Shown here: piece after piece, positions 26,462 to 30,899 of the stretch | Layout: the number at the start of each line of letters is the position of its first letter | Position numbering within the stretch: the first letter of the stretch is position 1 | IMG/VR virus record: IMGVR_UViG_3300031644_000012 | Location: 1 to 30,899 of that record | DNA length: 30,899 nt | Source: a virus | Taxonomy: Duplodnaviria > Caudoviricetes | Direction: 5' to 3' (one strand) | Notes under the pieces: model-generated | Told to the model about the DNA's origin: nothing | What the model saw: the letters and a program-made list of their open reading frames with translations, nothing else | Database searches by the model: none | Program-made: the position numbers and the translations under genes

Positions 26462-26536
26462 ATGAATATGGACGAAGATGTATTAAAAGGATTATTTGAA
26501 GCTATTAACCCTAACCCTAAACCAAAGACTAAATGA
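26462..26536 (+). CDS. Possible 24-aa micro-ORF
   Basis: MNMDEDVLKGLFEAINPNPKPKTK; ATGA overlap with the next gene. Confidence 0.4.
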   Translation: MNMDEDVLKGLFEAINPNPKPKTK

Positions 26537-26874
26537 TTTGTGCAAATTGTAATAAGTCTTTTGAGAAGAAAGAGCAAGAAGGAGTAATAGGTAGACTTAG
26601 GAAATACTGTTCAATAAAGTGTAGAAATCAAAATTACAATAGGGTTTACAGGGAAAGAAATAAAAACAAAACTGACGAACCGTCATCAAGAAACATTAAT
26701 AAAATAATTCAAGGAGATTTTAATAAAGCTATTACTGTTGATAATGATTGGTTTTTTTCTACTAAAGTGGAGGATTGGTGTTCATCAAGAGAATCCAAGT
26801 CTAGAGCAAAATATAAAAAGATTAAAGAACAAAGATTAAAAGAAGAAGCAGAAAATGAGCAAAATGAAGAATAA
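26533..26874 (+). CDS. Zinc-finger hypothetical protein
   Basis: CANC...KYCSIKCR, basic C-terminus. Confidence 0.65.
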   Translation: MICANCNKSFEKKEQEGVIGRLRKYCSIKCRNQNYNRVYRERNKNKTDEPSSRNINKIIQGDFNKAITVDNDWFFSTKVEDWCSSRESKSRAKYKKIKEQRLKEEAENEQNEE

Positions 26875-27073
26875 CTTATACGATATGCTTTTACACAATG
26901 CATTATCAAAAAGAAGCAAAGCAATTTTAACATTGGATTTAATGACAAAGCATCCTGTAGGAATTGGCGATCACTCAACTGATGATTTTTATGACAACGC
27001 AATAGAGGCTATTAAGAATTTAGCTGACGCAAATGATGAGTTAGAGACAATACATAAATACTTTAAGAAATGA
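26855..27073 (+). CDS. Hypothetical protein
   Basis: 72 aa helical hairpin with PVGIGDHS turn. Confidence 0.65.
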   Translation: MSKMKNNLYDMLLHNALSKRSKAILTLDLMTKHPVGIGDHSTDDFYDNAIEAIKNLADANDELETIHKYFKK

Positions 27074-27297
27074 TTAGGAATTATTTTTTATTGGATCAGA
27101 AGAAATACGGAAAAGAATTGATTATGTTTTGTAGAACATCAAATGGTATTTACGCATATGATCATGATAAAATGTACAATAAACACATAGAGCATTTATC
27201 CTCTCTTCCATGTTGGATTAAGTATGGTAGATACACAATGACATATGGCATTCCTCATCCAATGAATTTAGATTGTACTAATATTATTAAATTTTAA
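27070..27297 (+). CDS. Hypothetical protein
   Basis: 75 aa; ATGA overlap with the upstream gene. Confidence 0.6.
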   Translation: MIRNYFLLDQKKYGKELIMFCRTSNGIYAYDHDKMYNKHIEHLSSLPCWIKYGRYTMTYGIPHPMNLDCTNIIKF

Positions 27298-27310
27298 TAA
27301 AGGGGATATA

Positions 27311-27610
27311 ATGGGGGATACCGTGGTTAAGTTTTTGTTTTGGATATTTTTTATCTTGATTTTAAATGGGTGTTCCGGATTGGAATTATTTATAATGAAT
27401 CAGAAAGCAATTGCAAGAGGAAATGCTTTGAACAATAAAAGAGGATTTCCAATATATAACCCAAGGAGTTGTAGGTGCAACTCTACATTAATTAGTAGAC
27501 AAAATCTCACAGTTATTTGTCACCATATTCCTACAATAAATCAACAATATTTTAGAGTAAATAATCAAGTAAATTATTACTCAAATACCCACACAAAAAA
27601 GAATAATTAA
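27311..27610 (+). CDS. Putative lipoprotein
   Basis: Lys followed by a hydrophobic stretch and a lipobox-like LNGC. Confidence 0.45.
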   Translation: MGDTVVKFLFWIFFILILNGCSGLELFIMNQKAIARGNALNNKRGFPIYNPRSCRCNSTLISRQNLTVICHHIPTINQQYFRVNNQVNYYSNTHTKKNN

Positions 27611-27747
27611 TTCTAATTATTTTCTACCTATTTTATAGTTATTATTTTACAATTTATTTATTAATAAAATAATTTATTTTTTTTTATAAAAATATTTTTT
27701 TATTATAAATATTATATAGAATAAATTTAGTCCAAAAATTTGAATTG

Positions 27748-27794
27748 TCAGACCAAATATTCAGACCAAATTTTCAGACCAAATTCCGTCTGAC
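27748..27794 (+). repeat. Three direct repeats TCAGACCAAAT (13-bp period) plus an inverted partial copy
   Basis: Copies at 27748, 27761 and 27774; GTCTGAC at 27788-27794 is the reverse complement of GTCAGAC at 27747-27753. Confidence 0.9.
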
Positions 27795-27888
27795 TCAGAA
27801 AATCCTAGACATATATAAAAATGTATCGTAAAAATAATTTTTAAATTTATTATGAAATTATTTTGAATTTTGCGTTTTATTTATTATC

Positions 27889-27900
27889 ACGTGCGCACGT
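27889..27900. promoter_or_regulatory. Perfect 12-bp palindrome ACGTGCGCACGT
   Basis: GC-rich palindrome isolated in AT-rich non-coding DNA. Confidence 0.6.
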
Positions 27901-27929
27901 TCTTTTATATGTCATTGACTTATAAAGAG

Positions 27930-27965
27930 TTATCCACATTAAAATTAATTTACGATTGTTGAAAA
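27930..27965. promoter_or_regulatory. Pair of DnaA-box-like sites
   Basis: TTATCCACA (perfect, 27930-27938) and inverted TTTTCAACA (1 mismatch to TTWTNCACA, 27957-27965). Confidence 0.55.
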
Positions 27966-28057
27966 GTTTTTATTAATTTTTAGCTTAAAAGTTTTTTTAT
28001 TAATTAAAAGGTTTTTATAATTGCTAAACATTATTTTAAACATAAATTTTATACACC

Positions 28058-28189
28058 ATGAAAGATTTACTAATTAGTTCAAACAAGACAGAAACCATTA
28101 TTAATGTGGTTTGCTTTACCATCGGTTGCACATTGATTGCAACGTTATTCGCTGCTCTCATTTACGGAATTTTAAACGGTTCGTTATGA
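28058..28189 (+). CDS. 43-aa membrane micro-protein (not in ORF track)
   Basis: MKDLLISSNKTETIINVVCFTIGCTLIATLFAALIYGILNGSL; upstream TATAATTG (-7 variant) at 28016. Confidence 0.6.
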   Translation: MKDLLISSNKTETIINVVCFTIGCTLIATLFAALIYGILNGSL

Positions 28190-28290
28190 TATTATATGTC
28201 CTATTTGCGTTGTTCATTGTAACGCTTGAAATGCTTGCAAGACGCGAGGAAAAGAACAATAAAAACTATTACAAAAACCGTAAAAAATAA
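28186..28290 (+). CDS. 34-aa membrane micro-protein (not in ORF track)
   Basis: MILYVLFALFIVTLEMLARREEKNNKNYYKNRKK; ATGA overlap. Confidence 0.55.
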   Translation: MILYVLFALFIVTLEMLARREEKNNKNYYKNRKK

Positions 28291-28295
28291 ACATT

Positions 28296-28499
28296 ATGAA
28301 AAAAATAATTAAAATAAGATGTAAAGAAACCGGTAACATTATGACATGGACAATAACGGACGTATTAAACGAAATTAATCGTGATCGTTCATCCGGTTGG
28401 ATAGATTATAATAAAAACGACTGGTTAGAAGGTTGGAACGAATGGATAGAAACAGATGATTTTTATAGTATTTACAACAATAAAAAACAAAGATTATGA
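28296..28499 (+). CDS. Hypothetical protein (Trp-rich)
   Basis: 67 aa, EINRDRS..W.DY...DW.EGW.EW. Confidence 0.65.
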   Translation: MKKIIKIRCKETGNIMTWTITDVLNEINRDRSSGWIDYNKNDWLEGWNEWIETDDFYSIYNNKKQRL

Positions 28500-29149
28500 A
28501 AGGATTGAAAAAACTACTAGGCGACAGTAATAGTAAATTAAAGAAGACATCAGAACATTTTGATGTCAAAATATATAATTTCAGTATACCGGCATTTAAT
28601 GATAAATTAACCGGTAAGGTGACTTGTCCTTTTGCAATCAAAAAGATTGTTGACGGTGTCAAGATTGGCTGCGGGTGGTTCTGTTATGCTCAAAAAGGCG
28701 CCTATAATTGGATACAAAAGGCGCTTACAATTCGTTATGAAGCCACAAAAGAAAAAGGCTTTGTTGAACGTATTATAAATGAACTGAACGGTAAACGAAC
28801 TAAAAAACAAATCTATGTTCGTGTTCATGATAGCGGTGATTTTTATTCACCGGCTTATTTAGATAAGTGGGTTGAGATTGCAACGGCTTTGCCTCATATT
28901 AGGTTTTATGCTTACACAAAATCGCATGATTTTTTTCGTTCAATAACTTTACCGGATAATTTTGATGTAGCATTTAGCACAGGTTCAAAACTTGATCATA
29001 AACTAAACAAAGTAAGTGAACGTCATGCAGATATATTTAACTCATTAAAGGAGTTGATTAATTCTAATTACGTTAATGCTAGTGAATATGATTTATACGC
29101 GACTAAATGGTATAATAAATCGAATAATGTTGGCTTAATAATGCATTAA
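28496..29149 (+). CDS. GP88-family protein (radical-SAM-like fold)
   Basis: TCPFA...C..FCYA, VRVHDSGDF, FYAYTK signature. Confidence 0.85.
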   Translation: MKGLKKLLGDSNSKLKKTSEHFDVKIYNFSIPAFNDKLTGKVTCPFAIKKIVDGVKIGCGWFCYAQKGAYNWIQKALTIRYEATKEKGFVERIINELNGKRTKKQIYVRVHDSGDFYSPAYLDKWVEIATALPHIRFYAYTKSHDFFRSITLPDNFDVAFSTGSKLDHKLNKVSERHADIFNSLKELINSNYVNASEYDLYATKWYNKSNNVGLIMH

Positions 29150-29150
29150 T

Positions 29151-29513
29151 ATGGTAAGTATAACTGTTATTATAGGTATTATTATTATAGTTGTTATGGC
29201 TTTAAAGGATAATCCCAATAAAAATATATTTACGGATCCATTAAAAGACAATACAATTGATGATGATGACATAAAAGACATTACCATTGAATTTATAAAG
29301 TCTAGTGATGGATCCGAGAAAGCGCAAAAGGTTTATTACACAAACAGATTCGGTAACGTGTCAATAGATATTTACAGGGGTGCGAAATATTGTGATGATA
29401 AAGAATTATTCTTTATTGAATTATGGCACCATGAAACAAAAAACAATATTACATTGTCAGACATAACTAATAAAGAATTATTAGTATTATTAAATTTAAT
29501 TAGTAAATTATAA
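29151..29513 (+). CDS. Membrane-anchored hypothetical protein
   Basis: N-terminal hydrophobic helix VSITVIIGIIIIVVMAL. Confidence 0.6.
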   Translation: MVSITVIIGIIIIVVMALKDNPNKNIFTDPLKDNTIDDDDIKDITIEFIKSSDGSEKAQKVYYTNRFGNVSIDIYRGAKYCDDKELFFIELWHHETKNNITLSDITNKELLVLLNLISKL

Positions 29514-29517
29514 ACAC

Positions 29518-29697
29518 ATGAAACAAACAGAAAACAAATCAAAGTACATGATTTACAATCATGGTTATATATTTATTAAAGAGTTTGAAAGTTTAGATAA
29601 TTGCAAACATTGGGCAATTAACCATCTTGATCAATCGAATGAAATAATAATAAGAATAGTAAACGGATTAAATATTAATGATAAAATTATTATTTAA
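29518..29697 (+). CDS. Hypothetical 59-aa protein (not in ORF track)
   Basis: MKQTENKSKYMIYNHG...WAINHLDQSNEIIIRIV...; ends before a terminator. Confidence 0.6.
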   Translation: MKQTENKSKYMIYNHGYIFIKEFESLDNCKHWAINHLDQSNEIIIRIVNGLNINDKIII

Positions 29698-29720
29698 ATA
29701 AACCATACTACCCAACAATT

Positions 29721-29750
29721 AAGGCTATCAATTTATGATAGTCTTTTTTT
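29721..29750 (+). terminator. Intrinsic terminator closing the early cassette
   Basis: AAGGCTATCA-ATTTA-TGATAGTCTT plus T run. Confidence 0.75.
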
Positions 29751-30010
29751 ATGCCCGTTAATTAATGATATATACCCCCCTCTATTAAATATGTCTTATT
29801 TAAGACATTTAAATATTCATTGGTATGATTACACCACATTATTAATTGAATGCCTTAGAAGCCATGTAAATAGTGTTAGATTTGATTTGTTTGTTTACGG
29901 TTTGTTAGGTTTGATTGTAAATGTAGTGATTAGGTAACAAGCACCAACAGAAATAAAGACAAAAGGAACGACAATAAATAGTTAATCTATCACCGGACAG
30001 AATCAAACCA

Positions 30011-30038
30011 TTGTTATATAATATACATTATGTTAAGT
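30011..30038 (+). other. dif: dif-like XerC/XerD recombination site
   Basis: TTGTTATATAA-TATACA-TTATGTTAAGT: 11-6-11 layout. Right arm matches the canonical XerD arm TTATGTTAAAT at 10/11; left arm ends in ATAA like XerC arms. Confidence 0.75.
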
Positions 30039-30183
30039 TAAACCTCCCTCCTACCCTATTACGGTGGTTTCGACGGCGATTTCTTTATTTTCGTAGTAAG
30101 GTACCACCATACACAGTTTTCTCCCAAATCGACTTTTTAATCTCTAAATCCCAAATTTTTTTCTTGTATTTTGAAAGAATTTG

Positions 30184-30215
30184 TTTGTCTTCAAGAAGGG
30201 GATGATTTATTTTTG
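30184..30215 (+). promoter_or_regulatory. Bacteroidota housekeeping promoter (-33 TTTG / -7 TATTTTTG)
   Basis: TTTG at 30184-30187, 20-nt spacer, TAnnTTTG at 30208-30215, ATG at 30220. Confidence 0.6.
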
Positions 30216-30219
30216 TAGG

Positions 30220-30387
30220 ATGGATAATAATTTAATTAAAGACAGGATAAGTGAGTTAGAAAACTCTTTAACGGGTGATATGATGATTGATATGGAAATT
30301 AAAGATGAAATCCATAAATTGGAGATGAGCGAGAAGGGAGTTGTCTGCTCTGTTGAGGATGCGGAATGTATTGCCTGTGGGAGTTAA
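30220..30387 (+). CDS. 55-aa acidic protein with C-terminal CSVEDAECIACGS
   Basis: ATG 30220 preferred over TTG 30181 because the promoter lies between them. Confidence 0.7.
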   Translation: MDNNLIKDRISELENSLTGDMMIDMEIKDEIHKLEMSEKGVVCSVEDAECIACGS

Positions 30388-30406
30388 CTAATTGACAGTT
30401 AGTCTA

Positions 30407-30598
30407 TTATATAAATTCTTCATATTCTTCTGAGGAATTGTTTTTGTTTTCTTTGTTAATCTTTATGCAAACTTCAACCCAATATTGTGCCTCGTCTTCC
30501 GCTCTTTTAAGGTTTCTAACGAGTTTATAGTTGATTAGTGCTAAGATTACCGTTGAGGCAAAAAAGGCTATTGTGAGTGATGTTAGATAGGTTGTCAT
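30407..30598 (-). CDS. Membrane-anchored hypothetical protein
   Basis: N-terminal TM helix followed by a charged coil. Confidence 0.6.
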   Translation of the reverse strand: MTTYLTSLTIAFFASTVILALINYKLVRNLKRAEDEAQYWVEVCIKINKENKNNSSEEYEEFI

Positions 30599-30604
30599 GT
30601 CTTC

Positions 30605-30781
30605 TTATTGGTTTATGGTAATTATTTCTGATTTTACACGTTCCCAATAGTTTGTGTTGTCTGATTCTTTTATAATTTCGTTAACAAGCACAATGGCTAG
30701 TTGATTTGAGCATTCCATATTCACCCTACAAATTTTATGGATGATGTCTAGTGCTTTTTGTTTTGGAGTTAATATTTTCAT
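30605..30781 (-). CDS. Hypothetical protein (TPK.KA...YW..VK.EI type)
   Basis: Start moved to ATG 30781, just after the stop of the upstream minus-strand ORF. Confidence 0.65.
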   Translation of the reverse strand: MKILTPKQKALDIIHKICRVNMECSNQLAIVLVNEIIKESDNTNYWERVKSEIITINQ

Positions 30782-30782
30782 G

Positions 30783-30899
30783 TTAGTATGTTGTGTCGGT
30801 TGGTTCTTTAATTTTTTGGCATTTTCCACATTGGATGTTATTTATTCCATTTAAGGATCCGCAAACGGAGCAACTCCAAATAATATCTTCTTTTTTAGG
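30783..30899 (-). CDS. Partial ORF with RanBP2-type zinc-finger pattern (not in ORF track)
   Basis: ...PKKEDIIWSCSVCGSLNGINNIQCGKCQKIKEPTDTTY*, which fits W-x-C-x2-C-x3-N-x6-C-x2-C. Confidence 0.65.
   Translation of the reverse strand, partial: PKKEDIIWSCSVCGSLNGINNIQCGKCQKIKEPTDTTY

Larger units (their letters stand above)
27611..28057. other. Putative replication origin / regulatory region
   Basis: About 450 bp non-coding, extremely AT-rich tract at 27610-27730, direct repeats, palindrome and DnaA boxes. Confidence 0.6.

Noticed and set aside
26506-26523. TAACCC TAACCC telomere-like repeat
   Set aside because: Only two copies; explained by Asn-Pro-Asn-Pro-Lys-Pro codons of a micro-ORF.
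27748-27784. Direct repeats as a mini-CRISPR array
   Set aside because: 11-bp repeats with 2-bp gaps; no spacers or cas genes.
2586-28828. Minus-strand ORFs in the track (2586, 4129, 5187, 5739, 7861, 9086, 11940, 12322, 13550, 16058, 16341, 18779, 19256, 20082, 25741, 26709, 28375, 28607) and the nested + ORF 18898
   Set aside because: They are shadows of well-supported + strand genes and carry no recognisable motifs.
30043-30057. KOPS motif (CCCTNCCC) beside dif
   Set aside because: Only an imperfect match, and the motif is defined for E. coli FtsK; insufficient evidence.
30011-30205. 64-aa ORF from the track
   Set aside because: TTG start, overlaps the dif-like site and a promoter, and has non-coding-like composition.
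27611-30220. tRNA or other known RNA genes in intergenic regions
   Set aside because: No cloverleaf or convincing T-arm/D-arm arrangement found by eye.
30387-30403. Hairpin between convergent genes as a bidirectional terminator
   Set aside because: Weak AT-rich stem with no U-tract; not supportable.
1-30899. Stop-codon reassignment
   Set aside because: Core genes are full length in code 11, and TAA, TAG and TGA all end genes at tight junctions.

Overview
About 31 kb of an AT-rich (~30% GC by eye) tailed dsDNA phage genome: an HK97-fold siphovirus, most likely infecting Bacteroidota/Flavobacteriia, since TAnnTTTG -7 promoter elements sit just upstream of many genes. Gene order on the + strand: terminase large subunit (5'-truncated), portal, head morphogenesis protein, prohead protease, major capsid, holin-like genes, head-tail joining genes, a large fibre and a DUF5675 putative lysin inserted inside the neck operon, tail terminator, two tail-tube paralogues, tail chaperone with a -1 slippery site, tape measure and tail tip. 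Next comes a recombination/replication block (ERF, SSB-like, RecE-like exonuclease, HNH, SF4 helicase) and accessory genes (lysozyme-like protein, degenerate amidase, PD-(D/E)XK nucleases, glycosyltransferase). The end of the window holds an origin-like non-coding region (13-bp-period repeats, palindrome, DnaA boxes), a short early-gene cassette (GP88) and a second non-coding region with a XerCD dif-like site, after which genes switch to the - strand. No integrase, polymerase, primase, tRNA or CRISPR array was seen. Most notable: host-chromosome-like cis elements (DnaA boxes plus dif), a tail-tube paralogue with Trp-heptad inserts, strong k-mer biases (GGATCC excess, CTGG/CCAG scarcity, a different signature in the fibre gene), an apparently inactive T7-lysozyme homologue and a micro-protein ending like the NrdA redox tail. 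All calls come from motif recognition by eye; no searches were run.
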